From a virus (Duplodnaviria; Caudoviricetes), in IMG/VR virus record IMGVR_UViG_3300043173_000130, positions 1-40,186 of that record: a DNA stretch of 40,186 bases; one strand, 5' to 3'. The translations under genes and the position numbers were made by a program. The notes below the pieces were generated by a model. It saw only the letters and a list, made by a program, of their open reading frames with translations. It was not told where the DNA came from and ran no database searches. Below, piece after piece: positions 6,864 through 15,172 of the stretch; the stretch's first letter is position 1; each line of letters begins with the position of its first letter.

Positions 6864-8641
6864 TAGTTACATTCCTTCAAGTCAAACCAGTTGGGGCCAA
6901 CGAAACCCTCGCTGGCAAAGGGGCAATCAAAGCGGGGGGCATCCATAATGTTTTCTAGCAGGCGCATATCAGTACGCCAGTCTTCTTCTGGCGCACTAAT
7001 GTTTATCTCATCATGTACCGTGGCTAGGAATATAGTAGAGTCTCGCTTTAGGTTATCCCACTCTATTACGGACTGCTTGGTCTGGTCGGCTGCGCTTCCT
7101 TGGATGAGGTAGTTAAGGAGTTTGTACTCAAAGCTACGCATTCTTCCTTTAATGAGTTTAGACGGCTCAGTGTAATATACACGTCCACCCCAGGTACGAA
7201 TAGGTTTTCCGGCATGGCCTCGCCGTTTAGTTGCTTTACTGAGGGCTGCAATACCGGGGAACGCACGGAAGTACGCGTCCAGTGTCCGTGCGGCGACAGG
7301 TATATCAACACCAAGCCCACTAGCAAGACCAGGAATGCCAGAGCCGTATATAATACGAAACGCCACAATTTTGACGGCCTTGCGTGCCAGTTGAAGTCTA
7401 GACTGTGCATAGATAATCTCCATTGCTAGGGCGTGTGGGTCAAGGCTTGGGTTTTTGATGTATGCTTGGAGCAGCACACCATCTTCGTAGTGCGCAGCTA
7501 TGCGGATTTCCTGGCTGCTAAAGTCCCGCTTGAGCCATACGTGCCCCTCTTCGGGCAGCAGGTACTGTCGGCATAGAGGAAGCGGCGGCAGGCCCTCAGG
7601 AATTACCTGCTCAAACTCGTTGCTTATATTCATCAAGTAAGGGCGCGACCCTGACAGCCTACCCGTGCGAGTACCTACAGAACCACCACCTAGATCAGTA
7701 CGTACCTGATTCCACGTAGTGTGCAGTCGGCTATCACTCCCAGAGTCCTGTTGCCAGGGTCGCATAAACGTCTGTAGACAGGTGGCTAGGGCACCCCGGT
7801 ACCGTAGTAGATGTACGGTCTGGGGGCAGTTGACAGCCGCCTGGAGGTTATCCTTGCTGGTGCTGCGCCGCCCGGTGGGGGTACGCACCCACTCACCGAT
7901 AAGGCCAGCAGTTTCAAGAGCATCAGCCATCTGCGTAGGGTTGGACCAATCTGTGCCAGTTCCCACCTTTATATCCAGGGCAAGGTCGCTCGCTCGCAAG
8001 GCATCCTCGTATATTACTAGGTCTACTTCTAACCGCTCCGTATTACACCGCACACCCTTCTTTTCACTGCGGTGCAGGATGGGCATGAGCTTCTGTTCTC
8101 GCCTGTAGGCGGGTTCCATAAGCTGTGCCACTATCTGTGGATACAGCTCCTGGTGTAGCGCGTAGGTCATGTCGACATCCTGGCGGGCGTACTTACTGAC
8201 TAGGGGCACCGGGGCCTCGCAGATAAACCTGCCCCATTCCTTGTTATTCCCGCCCGGTACATTCGCACGTATCCAAAGCTCAAGCTCATCGCGCTCTGCT
8301 AAGTCCCAGCCTAGTATCTTGGCTGCGTTGGGCTTCAGCTTTAGGTTCGTGCTGTAGGGGTCGTACAGGAATATGCTGTACATGGTGTCGTGTATGCGCA
8401 GTGGGTCGGGCATGGGGAGGTCAAACCAGTGGCAAGCGACAGCCATGTCAAACTTGGCGTGGTGACAAAGGATAGGCTCATCACTGCTAAATATAGCAGC
8501 AACTCTGAATTTCATTTCTTCCCAATTAGTGACGTACTGGCTGTTCTTGTCATTATATTTCAGCGCCACGCCTACCGGCCGAGGAGGCCGGTAGGACGTG
8601 TTACCATCAATGGCTTCAGTCTCGAAGTCAATAGTCCACAT
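6863..8641 (-). CDS. Family A DNA polymerase with 3'-5' exonuclease domain
   Basis: IDFET (ExoI), HHAKFD, YARQD, TRTGRLS, DFSSQEIR (motif A), K..AF.IIYGSG (motif B), NYLIQGSAAD, VHDE (motif C). Confidence 0.96.
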   Translation of the reverse strand: MWTIDFETEAIDGNTSYRPPRPVGVALKYNDKNSQYVTNWEEMKFRVAAIFSSDEPILCHHAKFDMAVACHWFDLPMPDPLRIHDTMYSIFLYDPYSTNLKLKPNAAKILGWDLAERDELELWIRANVPGGNNKEWGRFICEAPVPLVSKYARQDVDMTYALHQELYPQIVAQLMEPAYRREQKLMPILHRSEKKGVRCNTERLEVDLVIYEDALRASDLALDIKVGTGTDWSNPTQMADALETAGLIGEWVRTPTGRRSTSKDNLQAAVNCPQTVHLLRYRGALATCLQTFMRPWQQDSGSDSRLHTTWNQVRTDLGGGSVGTRTGRLSGSRPYLMNISNEFEQVIPEGLPPLPLCRQYLLPEEGHVWLKRDFSSQEIRIAAHYEDGVLLQAYIKNPSLDPHALAMEIIYAQSRLQLARKAVKIVAFRIIYGSGIPGLASGLGVDIPVAARTLDAYFRAFPGIAALSKATKRRGHAGKPIRTWGGRVYYTEPSKLIKGRMRSFEYKLLNYLIQGSAADQTKQSVIEWDNLKRDSTIFLATVHDEINISAPEEDWRTDMRLLENIMDAPRFDCPFASEGFVGPNWFDLKECN

Positions 8642-9048
8642 TACGGAAGCAACTTGTTGAGTTGTACCTGTAAGTGGATGGCGTCACGCATGGTAAGCGA
8701 CACCTTTCTACCCGACGCCACCATAAAGCTGATGCTTAGTTCCATTTCTGCCCTAGTGCGCCGGGTCTTGCCTGTACCGTTGGATGCAGTGCCGTCTTTT
8801 TTCCACAGGGCGCTTATCCGTGCCTGTGCTTCTACATCCTTGCAGTTAGCCTTCAGCTTGTACGTCCTGGGCCGACTCTTTTCGCTTTCCAGCAAGCCAG
8901 CGCGGTCCAATATAGAAGTGGCGTTGCCCGCTTTTTTCAGGTCAATGCGCAGTTTCTTGCCGTACCGTTTGTGAAAATCTTGGGTGGTGAAAGAGGTGGC
9001 TGGCCCTGTGGCCCGGAATATTTTGTAGACTTCTATTATGTAGCTCAT
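8641..9048 (-). CDS. Basic hypothetical protein, possible winged-helix DNA-binding domain
   Basis: FTTQDF..ATSILDRAGLLE..RPRTYKL pattern; RBS AGGAGG. Confidence 0.65.
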   Translation of the reverse strand: MSYIIEVYKIFRATGPATSFTTQDFHKRYGKKLRIDLKKAGNATSILDRAGLLESEKSRPRTYKLKANCKDVEAQARISALWKKDGTASNGTGKTRRTRAEMELSISFMVASGRKVSLTMRDAIHLQVQLNKLLP

Positions 9049-9095
9049 CGCTACCTCCTAGTCCTAGCTATTAGAACCGCATATGCGGTATAAGT

Positions 9096-9129
9096 ATTGT
9101 ACGGGGGTCACGTATCAATGCAACCCCCG
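9096..9129 (-). promoter_or_regulatory. Sigma70-like promoter with inverted repeat, upstream of the polymerase operon
   Basis: TTGCAT, 16 bp, TACAAT; cggggg 9102-9107 / cccccg 9124-9129; palindrome accgcatatgcggt 9076-9089 just downstream. Confidence 0.6.
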
Positions 9130-9138
9130 CACGCTACT

Positions 9139-9948
9139 TCAGTACTTGTCGCTGTCGGCTGGTGCCTCCCCCTCTTCAGCCTTGGCATCGTAGGGTGCCA
9201 GCAGAGCAGGGAGTACCGCCTGCCGCTTGGCATCCAGCGCCCCCAAGAGTTCTGTCGGCATGGGTGCCACGAAATTAAAACTGACCTCAAGCTGCCACTT
9301 TGTATGAGGTTTTACACTGATGTTGGCCGCGACCGCCCACGGTGGCCGCTTGTACTTCGCTCCCACCATGTTTACGAAGTTCCCCCAGTTGCGCACGCTG
9401 GTCACCGGGATCTTTGCCAGGGCTATTTCTGCCCCTTGTATACTCCCCGGTGTCATTTCCTTGTTGTACGGTATCAGGGCCAACCGGCGTATTTCCTTGC
9501 ACGCCTTTCCTTTGCTCCCAGGGCGGGACTTATCGCTACCCCACTCGTTCTGCTTACACCCCTTGCAGGCGTCGTTTTCCGGGTGGGTTACGTTTTCGTG
9601 GGGGGACATCACAGGAGCTTTCCCTTCCAGCGCCAGCCCGATAGCAAAGCAGTCCGGGCTGTCAATGTTGTCCGGGTCCCAAGCTCCCTTGTACAACCGA
9701 TTCTCAAAGGCGCTGGCAACAATGATACAGTCCATGTTGTTGTCAGGTACCTCGTTTCCCTCGTAGCTGAGTATGCCACTACGGAAACTCAGGATGCCCA
9801 CGCTGGGCCGTTCCACTGCGGCCACATCCTTGGCCTCTTGCATCATCTTGGCTTCCCAATCTACCAAGGCTGTGCCCTCGGGGGCACTGTCCTGCTCTTC
9901 CAGCTCGTCTTCGCTGTACTTTTCATCAGTATTTTGCTTTTTAGCCAT
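9139..9948 (-). CDS. Putative ssDNA-binding/annealing protein
   Basis: PDCF, CxxCxxNEWGS, GKACKEIRRLA motifs; acidic termini; position upstream of the polymerase. Confidence 0.65.
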   Translation of the reverse strand: MAKKQNTDEKYSEDELEEQDSAPEGTALVDWEAKMMQEAKDVAAVERPSVGILSFRSGILSYEGNEVPDNNMDCIIVASAFENRLYKGAWDPDNIDSPDCFAIGLALEGKAPVMSPHENVTHPENDACKGCKQNEWGSDKSRPGSKGKACKEIRRLALIPYNKEMTPGSIQGAEIALAKIPVTSVRNWGNFVNMVGAKYKRPPWAVAANISVKPHTKWQLEVSFNFVAPMPTELLGALDAKRQAVLPALLAPYDAKAEEGEAPADSDKY

Positions 9949-9962
9949 AGTCCTAGTCCTTG

Positions 9963-10340
9963 CTATTTGTGCTTAGTGACGCTTAGACTTTCAACAGGGT
10001 AAGCGCCGACCCCTGGTATTTGTTCACCTGCGTCCCACCGCTCCTTGACTGCAACGGTGCCCAGACGTTTGTGCAATAACTCCCACGCCTTATTCTCGTA
10101 GATGTAAGCGTATATCTCATCCCAGTCATCAGCCTGTGGCTCGTCCTTTACCACACGCTCAAAGTTGTGGGTTGCTCCACCTATGACGGGTACGTCTTGG
10201 TCACACAATTCCTGGAGTATTTCTTCCTTGTATTTGTTTTCAATTTTCTTGGTAGACTCGGCTACCTTTTCTTGGTCTAGTCGCAGCTTGCGCGTCGTTT
10301 GATACATATCGCACAGCTTGCTTAATTCACTTAGTTCCAT
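9963..10340 (-). CDS. Phage replication-module protein (coiled coil plus DWD..Y..I motif)
   Basis: RBS CGAGGTGAA; DWDEIYAYIYENKAWELLHKRL..IPGV. Confidence 0.75.
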   Translation of the reverse strand: MELSELSKLCDMYQTTRKLRLDQEKVAESTKKIENKYKEEILQELCDQDVPVIGGATHNFERVVKDEPQADDWDEIYAYIYENKAWELLHKRLGTVAVKERWDAGEQIPGVGAYPVESLSVTKHK

Positions 10341-10372
10341 GTTTCACCTCGTATGTGCTGGCGCACCCCCAT

Positions 10373-10401
10373 AGTATATGCGTGAACTTAGTCCACTGCA
10401 A
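10373..10401 (-). promoter_or_regulatory. Sigma70-like promoter
   Basis: TTGCAG, 17 bp, TATACT. Confidence 0.6.
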
Positions 10402-10609
10402 CCGGAATATCCTCAGGGGATGCGGCCAGTATAGCTTCAACATTTTCCCAAATTTGTTCAGCCATCACTTTTTTGTTGCTGAGAAGATCTGGGTTTGCAT
10501 ACATTCCAGATGCGACGTGCGCCGCCAGAAAATGTTTGTATTTGATGCCAATACACTGCTCATCTGCAGGAACTGGATGTACTTGATACTCTCCAACTTC
10601 TTTACCCAC
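10388..10609 (-). CDS. Hypothetical protein
   Basis: GTG start with RBS GAGGAGG. Confidence 0.7.
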   Translation of the reverse strand: MGKEVGEYQVHPVPADEQCIGIKYKHFLAAHVASGMYANPDLLSNKKVMAEQIWENVEAILAASPEDIPVAVD

Positions 10610-10620
10610 TTCTCCTCCTC

Positions 10621-10836
10621 TTAATGAATTGGTTGTCGCAAGAGGTAGCCTAGCTCCACGCCTTCATCAGCTTGCTCTTTGGTGAGGTCACCTAGCGGGA
10701 AACTGTTGCACACCTTTCCGCTATACACCTCTTTCTTTTCGAGGTTCCAAGACAGGTACTCATCCAGCGTATGGCCGTCACGCGTTAAACACTTGTCCCA
10801 GTATTCATCCATCACTTGTGTGTATGACTTGCTCAT
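10621..10836 (-). CDS. Hypothetical protein
   Basis: RBS CCGAGGTG; operon packing. Confidence 0.7.
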   Translation of the reverse strand: MSKSYTQVMDEYWDKCLTRDGHTLDEYLSWNLEKKEVYSGKVCNSFPLGDLTKEQADEGVELGYLLRQPIH

Positions 10837-11089
10837 TAAACACCTCGGTCAATGCTTTGTCTAGCTCGATGTAGCTCAATATATGAGCTATATCAGGCTG
10901 GGATTCGCCTAAAGCTATAGAACGCAAGCGGGCGCGGTCTAGGCGAACGCTGGTGCCCGTGCGTAGTAGAGATAGATTAGAGACTATTCGTCCCATTTGA
11001 TTGGCGGTAACTGCCAGGGGCCGGTCTTTGACCCGGCTGATGGCAGCCACAAGCCCGTAGGCGGCTTCATACATAGGGGTATAGGGCAT
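10805..11089 (-). CDS. Hypothetical protein, possibly from a leaderless mRNA
   Basis: ATG about 6 nt downstream of a -10 box (TTGCAC, 16 bp, TAGCAT at 11123-11096). Confidence 0.65.
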   Translation of the reverse strand: MPYTPMYEAAYGLVAAISRVKDRPLAVTANQMGRIVSNLSLLRTGTSVRLDRARLRSIALGESQPDIAHILSYIELDKALTEVFNEQVIHTSDG

Positions 11090-11141
11090 GGTGCCATGCT
11101 ACCATTGTCGGTAGTCAGTGCAAGCGTGGTTTTGTGAACAT

Positions 11142-11236
11142 AAAAAACGAATCCCCATTGGGATGGTCCTAGCGCCGCCTAGTTGGGGTCAGCGTGCCAG
11201 TGTACCGTAGGATTCGGTAACTGAGTTACCAGCTAC
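11142..11236 (-). ncRNA. Candidate small RNA (~95 nt)
   Basis: Near-consensus promoter TTGCAA, 17 bp, TATAAT (11270-11242); internal hairpin ggtaac-tca-gttacc; ends in a short hairpin plus U6; no convincing ORF. Confidence 0.5.
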
Positions 11237-11276
11237 AGGGTATTATACCGGAGACTTGGGTCAATTGCAACCCCTG

Positions 11277-11355
11277 AAAACAAAGCCCCCGATAAGGGGG
11301 CTCGTCCAGGACCGAGGTGAACGTATCCCTAGTGACACCGGAAGCGGGGCACATG
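11277..11355 (-). ncRNA. Candidate small RNA (~78 nt) with anti-RBS seed UUCACCUCGGUC
   Basis: Promoter TTGCCT, 18 bp, TATAGT with TG extension (11390-11361); terminator agccccc/gggggct plus U-tract (11302-11277). Confidence 0.5.
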
Positions 11356-11360
11356 GGGTC

Positions 11361-11406
11361 ACTATACCACAGACCGCTTGTCTGAGGCAAGCGGTTACGT
11401 TATACT
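11361..11406. promoter_or_regulatory. Overlapping divergent promoters sharing an operator-like palindrome
   Basis: Plus: TTGTCT 11378, 17 bp, TATACT 11401; minus: TTGCCT, 18 bp, TATAGT; IR accgcttg 11373-11380 / caagcggt 11388-11395. Confidence 0.65.
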
Positions 11407-11432
11407 ATTTAACTTACTAGCGAGGTGGCGGC

Positions 11433-13541
11433 GTGGATAAAGACGATACCCCTGACTCACCCCCTGAGTCAGAAAAACCTAAACTAAGATTCAGCACCGT
11501 CCCTTCTGACGGCAAGCTACCCAACCACTTCAATCACGCACAAGAGTATCTCGCCAAGCGAGGTATTGATCAGGCGTTGTGTGATAAGCTAGGCTTTAAG
11601 ATCATGCCAGCAGCGCAGTGGTTCACTGAGACCTACCCTGGTAGTAAGAGCAAAGATGTACGTATCTCTATTGTATTCCCACATCTTAACTATAAAGGAG
11701 AGGATACAGGATGGAACAGCGTAAAATTCATCCGCACACGCACGCAGGGGGCGACATTCGTACAGGACTCACGGCCGACGCGGAGCAGCAAGAAGGGGGA
11801 GTTGATACACGCCTACTTATGTCCGCTGAAGAATTGGCGCAATTTGCAGAAGGGTCAGAGGATATATATCTGCGAATCTGTAATCAAAGCAGTGAATGTC
11901 GCACTATTAGGATTCCACGCAGTTGGTTTGAACGGGGTAGCAGCATTTGCCTCTGCAAAGAAGGGTGTGGACCTACTAACCGAGATTAAAGACCTGCCCT
12001 GGCAGCGGTTAGAACTTCAACCTGTCATTATGTATGACAGCGACCACGAAAAGTACGACATAACCCGCGCCTACGAAACCCTCGCCAACAAGTTAGTCAA
12101 CCTTTGTAAGTCCCCCCTCCCCGTCTACCTCCCCCTACAGAAGCGTGAAGATGGTGAAGACTGGGGCTTTGACGATGCCCGACACCAATTAGGTGACAAA
12201 TGGGCACTTGAATTCCTTTCTGGCGAGGGTGGGGTAATCCCACTAGACCCTATACGACAGGCTCTACACGACACTAACGATATGTTTATCGTTGTTAGGG
12301 GCGTAAGCGCGATTGTAGAACTCAAGACTGGCAACATTATGACAGAGTCCAAGTTTAGGACAGTCAACTATGCCAACAAAATTGAGTGGACTGATGACGG
12401 TAAGGCGATACAAATCGCTAAGAGTTGGCTACAGTGGAAAGATAGGCACGAGTGTGAAGGCATAGAGTATATGCCGGGTGGCGGACAAATCCACAATGAC
12501 TCCTATAATGCTTGGAAAGGCATGGGTACTGAGCCTGTAAAGGGGGATGTTACTCCGTGGCTAGACATTATCAACAATAATATACGCTCAGAGAAAGAGC
12601 GTAAGTACCTAATTCAATGGTGTGCATATCCTGTGCAGAACCTGGGGGCAAAGTTGCACACTTCAGTTGTGCTGGTGGGTGTTCAAGGCATAGGTAAATC
12701 ACTACTTGCCAGGTCACTGGGCATGGTATACGGGAATAATAATTATAAAGAAGTGGATAGAGGGGATATAACTGGCTCATTTAACGCATTCTGGACCCAG
12801 AGTCAGCTAGTTGTAGTGGAGGAAATGCGGGGGGAACATAAAACCGCAGACAAAGCCTTCATGGGTAGATTGAAAAAGATAATCACTAGTGACCAATATA
12901 TAGTGAAGAAGAAACATGTTCAAGAATATAATATCACAAACCACGTTAATTTCCTCTTTACAACCAACGACGCAGACTCATTTTCCTTCGAAGGAGATGA
13001 CCGACGCTTCTTTGTGGCTCATTTTGAGCCTGTTGTGGATTACTACCGCGATACTGGCTACTGGAATCGCTTCGTGGCGTGGCTTAATGGCGATGGTGTT
13101 GCTGCCCTGCATCATTATCTGCTTAATGTGGACATGGAAGGCTTTGATCCTGGTGAGCCTGCACCTGAAACAGAATATAAAAAGGTGATGGAAGAGGCTG
13201 CGTACAGTGGTCCCGAGGCATGGATTAACTTGTTGCTTAGTGACGCTCGTGAAATGCTAGGTAGTGAACGCGCCCTGTGGAAAAGCCGTGAACTAGCAGA
13301 GGTGTACTACGAGGGGGATGTCCATAGCGGCCCCGCAGCCGCCAAAGCATTCAGCAACTATATGCTCAACCGTGGGTTTGTGATGGCAAACACTAACACG
13401 AACATCGGTAATCGTAAGATGGGAAAGGCTAAATACTGGATAGTACAGGACCGTGATAACCCGCTGTGGCACGATCATGGGTACTGCGTGGTACACCTCT
13501 TAGAGCATTTGGCTGAGCTTGCTCCTGATTCTAAGTATTAA
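11433..13541 (+). CDS. Primase-helicase (N-terminal TOPRIM-like domain; C-terminal DUF5906/D5-like SF3 helicase)
   Basis: YICESVIKA and VIMYDSD (TOPRIM); GVQGIGKS (Walker A), LVVVEE (Walker B), FTTN, DDRRF. Confidence 0.9.
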   Translation: MDKDDTPDSPPESEKPKLRFSTVPSDGKLPNHFNHAQEYLAKRGIDQALCDKLGFKIMPAAQWFTETYPGSKSKDVRISIVFPHLNYKGEDTGWNSVKFIRTRTQGATFVQDSRPTRSSKKGELIHAYLCPLKNWRNLQKGQRIYICESVIKAVNVALLGFHAVGLNGVAAFASAKKGVDLLTEIKDLPWQRLELQPVIMYDSDHEKYDITRAYETLANKLVNLCKSPLPVYLPLQKREDGEDWGFDDARHQLGDKWALEFLSGEGGVIPLDPIRQALHDTNDMFIVVRGVSAIVELKTGNIMTESKFRTVNYANKIEWTDDGKAIQIAKSWLQWKDRHECEGIEYMPGGGQIHNDSYNAWKGMGTEPVKGDVTPWLDIINNNIRSEKERKYLIQWCAYPVQNLGAKLHTSVVLVGVQGIGKSLLARSLGMVYGNNNYKEVDRGDITGSFNAFWTQSQLVVVEEMRGEHKTADKAFMGRLKKIITSDQYIVKKKHVQEYNITNHVNFLFTTNDADSFSFEGDDRRFFVAHFEPVVDYYRDTGYWNRFVAWLNGDGVAALHHYLLNVDMEGFDPGEPAPETEYKKVMEEAAYSGPEAWINLLLSDAREMLGSERALWKSRELAEVYYEGDVHSGPAAAKAFSNYMLNRGFVMANTNTNIGNRKMGKAKYWIVQDRDNPLWHDHGYCVVHLLEHLAELAPDSKY

Positions 13542-13571
13542 GATTCACCGTCGACTGCGACCTATATAGGC

Positions 13572-13602
13572 AAAAAAGAACCCCTGTCAAGTCAAGGGGT
13601 TC
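13572..13602 (-). terminator. Intrinsic terminator between convergent genes
   Basis: gaacccct 13578-13585 / aggggttc 13595-13602; A6 on the plus strand (U-tract on minus). Confidence 0.75.
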
Positions 13603-13653
13603 AGGGGTGGTGGGCGTTTGCGTCTTCTTATTCTGCGTATGTACGCTACGCTC

Positions 13654-13842
13654 TTATCCTAACCTCACACTGGTGTGCTCTTCACCGCAGTGCGGGCACA
13701 GGTACGTTAGCTCATCTTCCCCTTGCATACCCTCTTCAATATTTAACACCTTAACTGACTGTTCACGTATAAGTTCACGCCTGCACGGTTGGTACAGGCG
13801 AATGGGGTTGATACTCTTCCAATATTGGTTAGGGTTAATCAC
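13654..13842 (-). CDS. Small zinc-ribbon protein
   Basis: YLCPHCGEEH plus an upstream Cys; overlaps the upstream gene. Confidence 0.65.
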   Translation of the reverse strand: MINPNQYWKSINPIRLYQPCRRELIREQSVKVLNIEEGMQGEDELTYLCPHCGEEHTSVRLG

Positions 13843-14260
13843 GCGCTTTGGCCCTGGCTTCGTTAGCTGACCGTCGGGCAGCCTTGGCCTGATGGCATTG
13901 CTGACCCACGCTGTACGCGCCCTTATGATTGGAGATGGGGCCGTACCAGCAGGTCACCGTGGTGGGGTCATACAAGCGCACTAGTCGCATACAATCCTCA
14001 TCCAACAGCGCCCTAGTTTCAGCGGCGCTTTGCCCTTCAATACTGTTGGGGGCGATGTCCTTCATGTAGTGCCGGAAGTAGCCCTGTAGGTGACAGCAGC
14101 GCCCGCTGTGATAAAGCGCCAGCGCGATAGCCTTGCGTTGACGCTCATCCATGTGGGCGTACAATTCGTCCACCTTGGCCTGGATTTTGGGGTAGTTGGT
14201 TGATCGCCCGTTGTGAGCCATGTAGTACGTGATGTACTTGTGAGATGTCATTTTGGACAT
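13835..14260 (-). CDS. Hypothetical early protein
   Basis: Start moved to ATG 14260, downstream of the promoter and conserved leader. Confidence 0.7.
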   Translation of the reverse strand: MSKMTSHKYITYYMAHNGRSTNYPKIQAKVDELYAHMDERQRKAIALALYHSGRCCHLQGYFRHYMKDIAPNSIEGQSAAETRALLDEDCMRLVRLYDPTTVTCWYGPISNHKGAYSVGQQCHQAKAARRSANEARAKARD

Positions 14261-14297
14261 AACCTTTGACCTATGTGATGGCATTAGTGCCAAGGGT

Positions 14298-14326
14298 AGT
14301 ATGCGCTTGATCGCTATGAACTACAA
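14298..14326 (-). promoter_or_regulatory. Sigma70-like early promoter with GATC in the spacer
   Basis: TTGTAG, 17 bp, CATACT; GATCnnGCGCATACT shared with the 14809 promoter. Confidence 0.6.
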
Positions 14327-14351
14327 GGGGCCGTCCGTGGCCCCAGGTAGG

Positions 14352-14663
14352 TCAGTGCCAGGGACTCGCTTCGTGGTGGTCCACATCAGCCTGTATGTTG
14401 GCCCCCATTTCATCCCAGTCGTTGCCGTAGTCCTTTTGCAGCAAGGCAAATCCAGCTTGCCGTCCCAATACGTAGGACTCAACGCACAGGGCGCACAGCC
14501 CCATGTCTTCAGTATCAGCAATGTGTAGTTCGTACACGTTACCGATGCTAGTCTGTGTGTCCACAACCTGTATGGTTGAAGGGACTTCATGCAGCATCTT
14601 CAGGACCCTTTGTGCGCCCTGTGCTGCCTCTTCAGTCACCAATGTAGTTAGATGTTTCATCAT
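14352..14663 (-). CDS. Hypothetical early protein (103 aa)
   Basis: ATG 14663 with RBS GAGGA; the track start at 14861 runs through the regulatory region. Confidence 0.65.
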   Translation of the reverse strand: MMKHLTTLVTEEAAQGAQRVLKMLHEVPSTIQVVDTQTSIGNVYELHIADTEDMGLCALCVESYVLGRQAGFALLQKDYGNDWDEMGANIQADVDHHEASPWH

Positions 14664-14808
14664 GTCGTCCTCGTTACGGCTGCATTGCCGCACCCCTATG
14701 GTACCGCTGACCGTTGGTCCAGGCAAGCTGGGTGCGGTCACAGGGTGGGCTGACCACCCTGGTTGCCCTGCGCCTATATACAATGCCAGAACTAGGTGCC
14801 CTGACCGC

Positions 14809-14837
14809 TTGCAAGTCGTGGTGATCGGGCGCATACT
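14809..14837 (+). promoter_or_regulatory. Sigma70-like early promoter
   Basis: TTGCAA, 17 bp, CATACT; preceded by GACCGC as at 11372. Confidence 0.65.
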
Positions 14838-14875
14838 TAACCCTGGCAACAACGCCAACATAGGAAATCAGGAAA

Positions 14876-15172
14876 ATGACACACACTGAACTTAATGACC
14901 TACTTAGCCCCATACTTGATGATGTGGGTTTGCAGAACGTGCTTGATTCCGTTGCCGCCTACTGCGCTACCGCAGCCACCGGCCACGAAGAACAGGCAAT
15001 TGAGGAAATGGCAACTGGGAACAATGACGTAGCCCAAAGCTGTGACACCTACGCTGAAGACTGGCATGAGTGCGGTCGGGCAGTTAGCTTGGCTAGCGAT
15101 GAACCAATGGTTGTTGAAAACAGCCGGGGCTACGCGAACTTGTATAAGCTGAACATGGAGGAAGGGAAATGA
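14876..15172 (+). CDS. Acidic hypothetical early protein
   Basis: RBS AGGA; very D/E-rich. Confidence 0.75.
   Translation: MTHTELNDLLSPILDDVGLQNVLDSVAAYCATAATGHEEQAIEEMATGNNDVAQSCDTYAEDWHECGRAVSLASDEPMVVENSRGYANLYKLNMEEGK

Noticed and set aside
9097-10002. 301-aa plus-strand ORF; similar antisense ORFs at 3396-3971 and 15193-15828
   Set aside because: Antisense shadows of well-supported genes
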